A stretch of DNA of 64,000 nucleotides from Candidatus Thorarchaeota archaeon (GTDB lineage: Archaea; Asgardarchaeota; Thorarchaeia; Thorarchaeales; Thorarchaeaceae): contig SDNP01000001.1 in the NCBI GenBank assembly GCA_004524445.1, forward strand, positions 32,001 through 96,000, in the 5' to 3' direction. Position numbers and translations under genes: made by a program. The notes under the pieces were generated by a model. The model saw only the letters and a program-made list of their open reading frames with translations. It was not told the origin of the DNA and ran no database searches. This document shows, one piece after another, positions 19,229-28,586 of the stretch (positions are counted from its first letter, which is position 1; each line of letters starts with the position of its first letter).

Positions 19229-20026
19229 GTGGATCGCATGGATGAGCCGCAAGAAGTCGCAGTAGGAATCGATGTGGGTTCAACCACAACCAAAGGAGTC
19301 ATGCTCGATGCCAACTCCACCCTAATTGCCTCCTATCTGCTTCCCACTGGTGCATCTGCATTATCATCTGCCTTGAAATGTCTATCTAAATTATCCTCGG
19401 AATCCGGTGTTTCTGCGGATGATACCACAATAGTCAGTACCGGGTATGGGCGGTTACTTGTTGACTTTGCTCATACGCAGGTAACCGAAATAACATGTCA
19501 TAGTATAGGTGTCCATCACCTCAATCCAGGAATTCGCCTACTAATCGATGTTGGGGGACAGGACTCTAAGGTGATTCGCATTGGAAAGAATGGCAAACCC
19601 ACAGACTTCGAGCTCAATGACAAATGCAGTGCTGGTACCGGTCGTTTCCTAGAAGTCATGGCACGAGTCCTAGAAGTATCAATTGATGAGCTCGGACCTT
19701 TGGCATTGAAATCTGACTCGCCCTCCACAATAAGTAGCACATGTACGGTATTTGCGGAGAGCGAAGTGATAGGTCATATTGGTGACGGGGCTAGTCCAGA
19801 GGATATCGCGGCGGGCGTGCATCAATCAATGGCATCCAAAATCAGTACCTTATCTAGACGAGTGGGTATTGTTCCACCAATTGGCCTGACCGGCGGTGTG
19901 GCTCTGAACCCAGCATTTCGGCATTATTTGGGCAAACAGATGAAAGCTGAATTATGGTGCCCTGAAACTCCGCAACATACTGGAGCTTTAGGTGCAGCAC
20001 TTTTGGCAATGAGAACTCTATCGTGA
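19229..20026 (+). CDS. ATP-dependent activase (HgdC/BadFG, ASKHA family)
   Basis: GIDVGSTTTK, TGYGR, IDVGGQDSK, NDKCSAGTGRFLE, STCTVFAESE. Confidence 0.93.
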   Translation: MDRMDEPQEVAVGIDVGSTTTKGVMLDANSTLIASYLLPTGASALSSALKCLSKLSSESGVSADDTTIVSTGYGRLLVDFAHTQVTEITCHSIGVHHLNPGIRLLIDVGGQDSKVIRIGKNGKPTDFELNDKCSAGTGRFLEVMARVLEVSIDELGPLALKSDSPSTISSTCTVFAESEVIGHIGDGASPEDIAAGVHQSMASKISTLSRRVGIVPPIGLTGGVALNPAFRHYLGKQMKAELWCPETPQHTGALGAALLAMRTLS

Positions 20027-20036
20027 AAGATACTAC

Positions 20037-20597
20037 TTAGGCTACCATTTCTGGTTCTGCTTTCTTACCTGCCTCAATTCCGAGTTCCAAGGCCTTCAAA
20101 TTAGTTTCGACAAATCTTGGCCAGCGTTCCTTTATTTGTTGTCTCAGACCATCTTCTGTCACAAGCCCAGTGATGGACGCCAGTGCTCCCAACATCACAA
20201 CATTAGTAGACAATTTGCTGCCTACTTCTTCATCCGCAATTCGTGTGGCTGGGATTTTGAAGACCTTAACCCCGTCAGGAACATTCCCCTCTATATCCAC
20301 TAAGTCTTGATCAACAATCAGTGTCCCGCCCTCTTTCAAACCATCTATGTATTCCAAGTAAGCAGCTCTGCTCATTGCAATGAAAACATCAGGTTCCTGT
20401 ACTTTTGGGTAGTCCACTTCTTCATCATCGATGACTATCTCGCTCTTACTTGCTCCGCCTCTTGCTTCTGGACCGTAACTTTGCGTCTGTACGCATTGCT
20501 TTTTTTCGACCAGAGAAAGGGTTTCTCCTAGGACAACCGCCATGGTAACGATTCCTTGCCCTCCGAACCCACCAATTCTAACTTCGTACCTTGCCAT
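20037..20597 (-). CDS. korC: 2-oxoacid:ferredoxin oxidoreductase gamma subunit
   Basis: GGFGGQG, QSYGPEARGGAS, NVVMLGA. Confidence 0.9.
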   Translation of the reverse strand: MARYEVRIGGFGGQGIVTMAVVLGETLSLVEKKQCVQTQSYGPEARGGASKSEIVIDDEEVDYPKVQEPDVFIAMSRAAYLEYIDGLKEGGTLIVDQDLVDIEGNVPDGVKVFKIPATRIADEEVGSKLSTNVVMLGALASITGLVTEDGLRQQIKERWPRFVETNLKALELGIEAGKKAEPEMVA

Positions 20598-20603
20598 TCT
20601 TCT

Positions 20604-21458
20604 TCAGTCCTGGACTTTCTTATGAGCTTCTCTCAAGACCTTTGTGTACTCGGGCTTCTCGACGTTTACAAACTCACCACAGATAATCTTGCTATCGTAA
20701 TGCAACTCTGCCTCGTGTGGGGGAAGTCCGTTTTGAATCTCGGCAACTTCTAGGAGATGCTGATGCATCTGTACACCCGCTCCAAGTCGATTCATTCTTC
20801 CATATGCTGTTGGACATGCTCCTACAATTTCTATGAAAGAGAAACCATCTTTCGCGATTCCTTTCTCAATCGATTTGGTGGCTCTTCTCGCTTGCACTGC
20901 GGTCCACCGAGATACATATGTTGCTCCTGACGATGCCGCTAGCTTCACTAGATTGAAAGGATGCTCGATGTTCCCAATTGGTCGAGGAGAGGTCTGTGAA
21001 TACCTTTCATGCTCAGTTGTAGGACCAAATTGGCCGCCTGTCATTCCATAATTGAAATTGTTCACGCAGACCACAGTCATGTCGATATTGCGTCTACAGG
21101 CATGGATGAGGTGATTTCCACCAATGGCAGCGATATCGCCATCACCTGAAACCACAATCACTTCCAGTTCAGGGTTGGCAATCTTGACGCCCTCTGCAAA
21201 AGCAATCGCTCTTCCATGGGTAGTGTGAAACGTTCCAGTTTTGAAGTAACCAGAAGTGCGTCCAGTGCAGCCAATTCCCGAAACAACAACAACATTGTTC
21301 CAGTCAAGTTCAAGGCTATCTACTGCACGGGCAATCATTTGGGTAACAATACCTATTGAACAACCCGGACAGTAAATCCAAGGTTGTCGGTCTTCCCTGA
21401 CATACTTAGCCATAGGATGCTTCAGGGTGCTTTGTGTTGTAGTTGCCAGTGGTACCAC
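20604..21458 (-). CDS. korB: 2-oxoacid:ferredoxin oxidoreductase beta subunit
   Basis: CPGC, SGIGC, HGRA, GDGD, IGGNH, NYGMTGGQ. Confidence 0.92.
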   Translation of the reverse strand: MVPLATTTQSTLKHPMAKYVREDRQPWIYCPGCSIGIVTQMIARAVDSLELDWNNVVVVSGIGCTGRTSGYFKTGTFHTTHGRAIAFAEGVKIANPELEVIVVSGDGDIAAIGGNHLIHACRRNIDMTVVCVNNFNYGMTGGQFGPTTEHERYSQTSPRPIGNIEHPFNLVKLAASSGATYVSRWTAVQARRATKSIEKGIAKDGFSFIEIVGACPTAYGRMNRLGAGVQMHQHLLEVAEIQNGLPPHEAELHYDSKIICGEFVNVEKPEYTKVLREAHKKVQD

Positions 21459-21545
21459 CGAGTGGAGAAAAGGCGGTTATGATAAAAGAGTTGTTGTAAG
21501 AGACATGGACACAATCACTCTGGAAATACAGCAATCCCTTGTTCT

Positions 21546-21776
21546 CTATCTTGCGCTCCTAGCTTTGAGTCTTTTTCTCTCTAGCACTATAGCCAGTATT
21601 CCTCCCGCTAACAGGATAAGGGAAGTCAATACACCTACTGCTACTGTAGAAGCGGTTGTCCACCAAGGATAGCCAGCGGCAATCTGCTCTTCAATAATCC
21701 AATTTGTAAGAATCAATGGAAGAATTGACGATGACACTACCAGAATTCCTATCAACGTCTGTCTTGTGATTTCCAT
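21546..21776 (-). CDS. Small 2-TM hypothetical protein
   Basis: Two hydrophobic helices and a basic tail. Confidence 0.55.
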   Translation of the reverse strand: MEITRQTLIGILVVSSSILPLILTNWIIEEQIAAGYPWWTTASTVAVGVLTSLILLAGGILAIVLERKRLKARSAR

Positions 21777-21833
21777 GGGGAAACTCGCCTACTACAACTT
21801 ATGTCACACCTCCTGATTAGGGCATTGGATAAG

Positions 21834-21864
21834 AAAAAAAAAGAGGAGAGGGGATAATCCCCTC
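21834..21864 (-). terminator. Hairpin plus U-tract terminator after SBP gene
   Basis: GAGGGGA-TTA-TCCCCTC then TCCTC and T9 on minus strand. Confidence 0.65.
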
Positions 21865-21874
21865 CTTGATTTTA

Positions 21875-23695
21875 CTATTGTCGCATGAGAATGTATCCGC
21901 CAATTAGAATGACTACAGCGGCACCAACTGCTCCTGCGATTATTGCAAGAGCCAGATTCGATGGTATACCTGGGCCCTCAGGACCTGTAGCCTCGTAATC
22001 GAAAGCATAGAAGTAGTCTTCAAAGCGGGTCATCTCCGTGAATTCACCGGCTACATAGTCCGAAACATTGAATGGCCCGGAAGTCACCATGGCGTCCTCA
22101 GGGGGTAATGGATTGTACTGATTCCACGCATTGACCCCCACTTCTTCAAATATGTGCTTAGGAATAATGGGTTTGTAGCCTATGGTGTGCAGATGCCAGT
22201 ATGACTCGGTGTCAAACTCTACAACAAGACTGTAGGTAGTTGGTGCATAGGCAGCTGTCATTTCAGTGAGGTCATTGCCATAGATGTTGCCCGGTGCATC
22301 CCGGAAGTAGTTCAGGCTAAATGCAATATCTTCTGCTGTTATTGGTGTACTATCAGTCCAGGTGGCATTCTGAAGGATATCAAAAGTAATCCTGGTGTAG
22401 CCATCTGGTACTGCAGGGTTATCTTCGTGAGTTTCTGCATTATATGACTCAGCCAACCAATTAACATCTAAACCATCAGGATCCTGAACGATAAGCGAAT
22501 CGTACATCATCTGCAAGATATTGATGGAATACTGAGAGCTCGTCGCCATAAGATTGAAGGTATCAATATCAAGAGGATTACTCCAACGGAATGACCCACC
22601 AAAGGGTCCACCTAGTTCATCTTTGAGATGAACCCTGTAGTTGGTCCAGAATCCTGGAACTCCATCGCTGACATCGTTCACGAATCCCTCGAATCTATCG
22701 GTCCTATATGCAGAAAGCAGGACGTTCTCATAGCAGATGATATATGGACATTCATGGACCACAATCCTTTGCATCTCGATTGCTGCCTCATAGACTTCCT
22801 CATATTCAGTAGAATGGAGCAATTGGTCTCTCCAAGCATCATATGATGAGTTGGCGAAATTAGCGAAGTTCCAGAATGGTTCGTCCTTGTACCCACTCCA
22901 GTATTCATATGCCAACCAATCAACATCGAAGTTGTTGAAACTCGACCCTAGGAAGACAATGTCGTAGTCTCCATGGTAGTAGAGTCTCTGTAGATACTCG
23001 TAGAAGTCAGTGGGAATTGACCTTGCATCAACACCCAGTTCCTGCAGAGCAGTAGCAACAACCTGACCTACTTCAATTGCTATGGATGAAGATTGAGCAC
23101 ACTCAATGAGAATATCAAAGTCTTCTCCGTTAGGTGCCTCACGGATGCCGTCATCATCAACATCGAGAAAGCCAGCATCATCAAGCATCTGATTTCCAAG
23201 TTCAACATTTGCCTCATAGTAGGTGTAAGGCAACTGTCCCTCAATTGAGAAGGGGTTGACCTGCGGCACGGGACTGTCCTGTGGAACAGATAGTCCATCC
23301 CAGACATCGTCTGAGATTCTCTCCTTGTCAACAGCAAACGCGAGCGCCCGCCTGAAGGCTGTTATGTTCATCGGATACTTATCTGTATTGAGTGTCACAT
23401 ATCCATATCCATTTCGTAGCACATTTGCCACGTCGATATCCTCAGCTTCAGTCAGGGTGTCAAGAAACTGCGGGTCGACCATGTCACCGATGAGGTCTAT
23501 CTCATCGTTTTGTAGGGCAAGAACCTGCTGATCATCGCCCTCTATCACATTGAACACAAGTTTCTCAATAAAGGGGCCATTCTTAGAACTGCCCGGAAGA
23601 GTATCTTGTGCCGGCACAAAAAGCGGTGAGAGTGCCATCAATGTAATAACTAGAACGAATGAAAGAGCAAGAATTCGCCTCGACTCTATATTCAT
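21875..23695 (-). CDS. Family 5 (OppA/DppA-like) solute-binding protein, circularly permuted, C-terminal TM anchor
   Basis: FRRALAFAVDK, WLAES, WTDSTPITAEDIAFS, SGPF; N-terminal signal and C-terminal TM. Confidence 0.85.
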   Translation of the reverse strand: MNIESRRILALSFVLVITLMALSPLFVPAQDTLPGSSKNGPFIEKLVFNVIEGDDQQVLALQNDEIDLIGDMVDPQFLDTLTEAEDIDVANVLRNGYGYVTLNTDKYPMNITAFRRALAFAVDKERISDDVWDGLSVPQDSPVPQVNPFSIEGQLPYTYYEANVELGNQMLDDAGFLDVDDDGIREAPNGEDFDILIECAQSSSIAIEVGQVVATALQELGVDARSIPTDFYEYLQRLYYHGDYDIVFLGSSFNNFDVDWLAYEYWSGYKDEPFWNFANFANSSYDAWRDQLLHSTEYEEVYEAAIEMQRIVVHECPYIICYENVLLSAYRTDRFEGFVNDVSDGVPGFWTNYRVHLKDELGGPFGGSFRWSNPLDIDTFNLMATSSQYSINILQMMYDSLIVQDPDGLDVNWLAESYNAETHEDNPAVPDGYTRITFDILQNATWTDSTPITAEDIAFSLNYFRDAPGNIYGNDLTEMTAAYAPTTYSLVVEFDTESYWHLHTIGYKPIIPKHIFEEVGVNAWNQYNPLPPEDAMVTSGPFNVSDYVAGEFTEMTRFEDYFYAFDYEATGPEGPGIPSNLALAIIAGAVGAAVVILIGGYILMRQ

Positions 23696-23856
23696 TGTTA
23701 TTCTATCTCCTCATTCCGAGTCGAGCCGGATGGTATTACCTAGGTACATTATTAGTTAGGGCTATTGCTCAAAGCATTGATTGAATAAAAAGAATCCAAA
23801 GCGAACCAGTTGTGTATCGGAGCCCCTTCGTATCTGAAACGACTTAGTGAGCGGTT

Positions 23857-24987
23857 TTAGGATACCTGTCTAATCGTCTGGAGAATTTCACTAGGTAACT
23901 GAGGCATGCCGGCAGGCTTTGCCATAAGATGAACAGGGGTCGTTCCTGCCTCGGGTCGGACACTGTGATACACCTGTCCTAGGTTCTGCTCCGGCACAAT
24001 AATCTGATTGACTTGGGTTGCTAGGTCTGCTACCAGCTTTGCTGGAAACGGCCAAACGGTCTTAAGCCTTAGCAGTCCTGCCTTGATGCCTTCTTCTCTG
24101 GCACTCTTGATGGCCTTCTTAGCGCTTCGTGAGGGTGTACCGTAGGCAATGACTGCGATTTCAGCATCATCCAGCATGAATCTTTCATATTCTGAGATTT
24201 CATCTATGTTATTCAAAATCTTGTTATTCAGTCGAGTAACGAGTTCAATCTGAGGTCTCTCTTTGTCCGTAGGGTATCCTCTCTCATCATGTGTCAGGCC
24301 TGTTGCATAAAACTGGTATTTCGAACCGAAGAGTGCCATGGGGGGGACTAAATCATCATCCGGTTTGAATGGAAAATAATCCTCTGGATCAACAGTTGGC
24401 TGTTTTCTATTCACAATCTCGATATCTTTCTCATCTGGAATAACAAGTCGCTCTCGCATGTGTCCAACAGTTTCGTCCGCTAGTACGAATACAGGTGTCC
24501 TGTATTTTTCTGCCAGATTGAATGCCTTTACAGTCTGGTCAAACATCTCCTGTACAGATGCGGGCGTTAGCGCTATAATCTGATAATCACCATGACTTCC
24601 CCACTTTGCCTGCATGACATCTCCCTGCTGGCCCCTTGTTGGTTGTCCGGTACTTGGCCCACCTCGCATGATGTTTACCAATACCAAGGGAGTTTCAGTC
24701 ATCACTGCAAGTCCAATCGCTTCTAGCATTAAACTGACTCCGGGACCTGAGGTGGCAGTCATTGCTTTTGCTCCGGTCCAGGATGCACCGATGACACTTG
24801 TAATAGATGCAATCTCGTCTTCGTATTGGACATATGCACCTCCTAGCTCAGGCATCCGCTGGGACATCCATTCTGCTATCTCTGTTGCTGGTGTAATTGG
24901 GTAGCCCCCAAAGTAACGACAACCAGCGGCTAGTGCTCCTTCCGCACACGCAACATCCCCCATTGTAAACATTTCACGTTTGGGCAT
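23857..24987 (-). CDS. korA: 2-oxoacid:ferredoxin oxidoreductase alpha subunit
   Basis: GYPITPATE, EDEIAS, TATSGPG, MRGGPSTG. Confidence 0.93.
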   Translation of the reverse strand: MPKREMFTMGDVACAEGALAAGCRYFGGYPITPATEIAEWMSQRMPELGGAYVQYEDEIASITSVIGASWTGAKAMTATSGPGVSLMLEAIGLAVMTETPLVLVNIMRGGPSTGQPTRGQQGDVMQAKWGSHGDYQIIALTPASVQEMFDQTVKAFNLAEKYRTPVFVLADETVGHMRERLVIPDEKDIEIVNRKQPTVDPEDYFPFKPDDDLVPPMALFGSKYQFYATGLTHDERGYPTDKERPQIELVTRLNNKILNNIDEISEYERFMLDDAEIAVIAYGTPSRSAKKAIKSAREEGIKAGLLRLKTVWPFPAKLVADLATQVNQIIVPEQNLGQVYHSVRPEAGTTPVHLMAKPAGMPQLPSEILQTIRQVS

Positions 24988-24988
24988 G

Positions 24989-25336
24989 CTAGTCTTCCTC
25001 CTCTTCCTCTTGCTCCATCAATTCAGGAATGAGGGTATTCTCCTCGAGAGCACCATCATCAATGGCTCTTTGAGCCTCCTCCTTGTCAGCAAGAAAGATT
25101 GCCATGTCCGGACATATGCGCTCACAGAATCCACAATTAACACAAGCATCGATGTCACAGGCAGTTACCGGATGGTATCCCTTCTTATTGTACTTCGACA
25201 TGTCAAAGCATAGAACATTCTTCGGGCAGAATGTTATGCATAGCTCGCACTGCTTGCATTGCTCCTGCAGTATGACGAGTACCTTTTGCCGTGTGCGTCT
25301 GGGTTTTGGTGTAATTGGCTTACGTGCCGTTGACAT
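24989..25336 (-). CDS. korD: 2-oxoacid:ferredoxin oxidoreductase delta (ferredoxin) subunit
   Basis: CKQCELCITFCP, CVNCGFCERICPDMAI; GAGGAG RBS before ATG 25336. Confidence 0.88.
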   Translation of the reverse strand: MSTARKPITPKPRRTRQKVLVILQEQCKQCELCITFCPKNVLCFDMSKYNKKGYHPVTACDIDACVNCGFCERICPDMAIFLADKEEAQRAIDDGALEENTLIPELMEQEEEEED

Positions 25337-25345
25337 CGCTAACTT

Positions 25346-25395
25346 CTCCTCGAGCAACACGGACAGCTCCACGAGCCGCCGTCCATGACCCGGAG
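25346..25395 (-). promoter_or_regulatory. Long GC-rich 5'-leader hairpin covering the korD RBS
   Basis: Minus strand CTCCGGGTCATGGACGGC...GCTGTCCGTGTTGCTCGAGGAG; TAAATA at about 25451-25446. Confidence 0.5.
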
Positions 25396-25552
25396 CGTTT
25401 ACCAAGACAATTGCCAGTCTGGCTGAGGTTGGCCTGAATGCTCAAGTATTTAGACCTTGCCTTGGGGGATATGAGATTTCCAAATGGTTTTTGTAGTTTC
25501 TATATCTGATATGCGATATTCAACATGAGCAGAGTTAAAGGAACTCCCACAT

Positions 25553-26053
25553 ATGTCGGGAGTGTCAGAATTGGAGGAGCAAAACTTGTCGGATGATGAT
25601 AAATTGTCAGAAACCGAACTGGCAAAACAGATCAAAGGCAAGACATTGCGCGTATATTGGTATATGCTCCGCCACCCACAACCGATGACTGCGCGAGAGA
25701 TACAACACGGCACGAATCTTTCCAGCCCATCGCTTTCTATGCATCATCTGGAGAAGATGAAAAATCTGGGGGTTGTAGAGAAGGATGTACATGGACAATA
25801 TACCATCAAGAGGGATGTTCGTGTTGGCTTGCTGAACCTTTTCATTGGTCGAGGTAGGCTGTTGGTTCCCCGATTTCTGTTCTATGCAACCTTCTTCACG
25901 TCAGCAACTGCAGCTCTATCAACCATGCTCTGGCAATTTCTTGAATGGTACTCTGTCATTCTGATATTACTACTGGTCCTAGCTTGCATCATACTCTGGT
26001 ATGAAGCACTTACTATTTGGAGAGAACAACCATTTCCGGAGGGAAGCGAATGA
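25553..26053 (+). CDS. Membrane-anchored winged-HTH transcription factor (N-terminal HTH plus 2 TM)
   Basis: AREIQHGTNLSSPSLSMHHLEKMKNLGVVEKDVHGQY; two C-terminal TMs. Confidence 0.8.
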   Translation: MSGVSELEEQNLSDDDKLSETELAKQIKGKTLRVYWYMLRHPQPMTAREIQHGTNLSSPSLSMHHLEKMKNLGVVEKDVHGQYTIKRDVRVGLLNLFIGRGRLLVPRFLFYATFFTSATAALSTMLWQFLEWYSVILILLLVLACIILWYEALTIWREQPFPEGSE

Positions 26054-27045
26054 GTTCTAAAACTAGAACTATTTACCTAAACTATACTAAAAATGCTAAG
26101 CGATCAAGAATGAATTCCTTCAAGCGCCTGAGTAACCAATTTGACTTGAAGACAGGGACGCTACACTCTGGTTTGGCTATTCTCCTTGTCATCTCATTAT
26201 CGCTATCATTGATATCTGGGACTAGCTTATGTTTTCAATCTCCACAGAGCCAAGAAAAAGAACAAATACTTGCTGCTGAACTACCGACACTTAGCCTATT
26301 TTACTATTCGAACTGGAATGATACACTCTTACCCCTAGATTCGGGAGATAGAATCTCGGGCGATCATATTACTCTCAATGCCACATGGAGTCCTTCGGAG
26401 AATGCTAATGGTTCACTCATTGAGGTTAATGCTACGGCGATCCCGATGGTAATCGCGGCATCAAACAACGAATCATCTGTTGAAATCGACACCAGAGCAT
26501 TGGGAAATAATGCCACCGTGACAATCAACTGCACGACATGGCTAACAAATGGCACACCCATCTCACAGTTGATTGAGAATGTATTCTTAGGCAACTTTTT
26601 CAAGCCACATATAGAGATTGTGAGCCCTAACGGGGGCGAAGTATGGACTGGAGTCCATAACATCACTTGGCAGGCTTGGGATAACAACACACAAGAATCC
26701 TTGACGTTTGAAGTCTTACTATCTGCGGACGGAGGAAAAACGTTTCAATTGCTGGAGTCTGACCTTACAACAACATGGGTCGAATGGGATACTACTGGAT
26801 TCTCCAATCTCTCTACATATATGGTCCAAGTGCGTGCAAGTGATGGGATATATGTTGAAGATGACACTTCCGACTCGACCTTCACAGCTGGAGATGTAGC
26901 TACGGGTCCACCCAATTCCACTACAACAGATACTACCACGAATGGCAATGAAGACCTCCGAACTGCTCTCTTCATTGCTGCAGCGATTATTCTTAGTGCC
27001 TTCTTTGCGGTGATAGTGTACTATCTAGCTAAGAGAGAATTCTAG
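26050..27045 (+). CDS. Cell-surface protein with Ig/FN3-like domains and C-terminal TM anchor
   Basis: VSPNGGEVWTG..ITW, SADGG, WDTT, VRASDG; Thr-rich linker; many NxS/T; ATGA overlap with the HTH gene. Confidence 0.75.
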   Translation: MSSKTRTIYLNYTKNAKRSRMNSFKRLSNQFDLKTGTLHSGLAILLVISLSLSLISGTSLCFQSPQSQEKEQILAAELPTLSLFYYSNWNDTLLPLDSGDRISGDHITLNATWSPSENANGSLIEVNATAIPMVIAASNNESSVEIDTRALGNNATVTINCTTWLTNGTPISQLIENVFLGNFFKPHIEIVSPNGGEVWTGVHNITWQAWDNNTQESLTFEVLLSADGGKTFQLLESDLTTTWVEWDTTGFSNLSTYMVQVRASDGIYVEDDTSDSTFTAGDVATGPPNSTTTDTTTNGNEDLRTALFIAAAIILSAFFAVIVYYLAKREF

Positions 27046-27944
27046 TGGTTTTGCAGTGCCTTTTCAAGAAATGGATTAGTATTGATGACATGCTTATGTA
27101 GACCCAAGCTCTCTGGATCCAAACCAAGCGCCAGACCAAGTAGTTGTGTATAATATATGACAGGAATTTGGTATTTCTTCTCGCCCAGCTCTTTGTTCAG
27201 TTGCGCCTGTGATGCCTCATATTGAAGATGACAGAATGAACATACGTTGACCAAGCAGTCAACACCTTCGTCAATCAGTATATCCAGCTTATCTTTTGCA
27301 ATGTCCACTGAAACAGGAACATTGCTACCTCTCACGCCACCGCCAGCACCACAACAGATGTACTTGTCGCGATATTTGATGCTCTCCGCTCCCGTCGCCT
27401 CAACAAGCTCGTCCAGAAAGACATGCCGGTATTTACTCTCCCAAGGACGAAGCTTGCTAGGTTTCAATAGATGACAGCCATAATGTACTGCCGCCCTGAT
27501 ATTCTCTAGCGGATGAGTTACGAGCTCTCTAATTTGCTCATGTCCGATTTCATAAATCAGTTCAATAAGATGCCTGGCTTCAACTTTGGCACGATACTTG
27601 AGGCCAATTTCCTTCAGATGTTTTTGCACTTCATCGAGGCGTTTAGGTTGATCACGGACAATATGAAGTGCTTCCTTGAATGTACCATAGCAACCATTGC
27701 ATCCAGTTACAATATCGTGACCGGCGTTTTCAGCCAATGCTAGATTTCGAGATGCCAAAGCCAACCACGTTGGTTCGTTGAATGACCTTATGACCCCTGG
27801 AGCTGGGCAACAGCTTGCTCCCTCTAGCTCTTCTAGTTCGATACCAAGATGAGGAAGGACCGTTCTGATGCTCTTCTCGATATTTGGGAATCTGTTCGGC
27901 ATTACACACCCCAAGAAGAATGAATATGTTTGCCTCTCTGACAT
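27042..27944 (-). CDS. hdrB: Heterodisulfide reductase subunit B (copy 1)
   Basis: FLGC, CCPAPG, CNGC, HYGCH, CCGAGGG, CSFCH. Confidence 0.92.
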   Translation of the reverse strand: MSERQTYSFFLGCVMPNRFPNIEKSIRTVLPHLGIELEELEGASCCPAPGVIRSFNEPTWLALASRNLALAENAGHDIVTGCNGCYGTFKEALHIVRDQPKRLDEVQKHLKEIGLKYRAKVEARHLIELIYEIGHEQIRELVTHPLENIRAAVHYGCHLLKPSKLRPWESKYRHVFLDELVEATGAESIKYRDKYICCGAGGGVRGSNVPVSVDIAKDKLDILIDEGVDCLVNVCSFCHLQYEASQAQLNKELGEKKYQIPVIYYTQLLGLALGLDPESLGLHKHVINTNPFLEKALQNH

Positions 27945-27947
27945 CTA

Positions 27948-28493
27948 TTACTCCTCCCTGCCTTGACGCTCAATCAACTTCTTGAAGCCGGTTATGTCCA
28001 TGAGTTTCTGTACATCTTTCAATGCCTTTCTGTGAGAATGGACTGTTTCGGGGACCTCGTCCAGTCCCAATTCCTTTCTCATCTCTTGATTAGCATCATC
28101 CAAGGGGACTGCGTGTCCTGTATCCAATAGCTTCTGCGAGACTTTCTTATGTTGTGGAAGCATATATCCCTCTTGGACAGCCATATTCCGCATAATGATT
28201 ATTGCATCTGTGACCTTGATCTGTCTGGGGCACCTCTCAAGACATGTCAGACAAGTTGAACATAACCATAGGTCTGGACTAGATAATACCTCATCCTTCA
28301 AGCCCAAAATTGCCTTCCTCATCAACTCCCTCGTTCTGAATGCAGTTCTCCGGCCACTTGGGCAAACACTTGAGCAAGTTCCACACTGAATGCATGTCTT
28401 GATTCTATCTGCTCCAGCATCAACCACTCTGTCCACAAAATCAGGGTCAAATCTATCGGAGTCGATTGATTGGCGTTTGATCGAGTCGGTCAT
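27948..28493 (-). CDS. hdrC: Heterodisulfide reductase subunit C (copy 1)
   Basis: CIQCGTCSSVCP, LWLCSTCLTCLERCP, GHAVP. Confidence 0.92.
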   Translation of the reverse strand: MTDSIKRQSIDSDRFDPDFVDRVVDAGADRIKTCIQCGTCSSVCPSGRRTAFRTRELMRKAILGLKDEVLSSPDLWLCSTCLTCLERCPRQIKVTDAIIIMRNMAVQEGYMLPQHKKVSQKLLDTGHAVPLDDANQEMRKELGLDEVPETVHSHRKALKDVQKLMDITGFKKLIERQGREE

Positions 28494-28586
28494 TGGAAAT
28501 CCTCAGACTGCCTTTTCGATACCGGCCCAGACGTAAAGAGTGTTATAAGAATGGTGCTTATGACAAAACAGCTATTGATAAAATTC

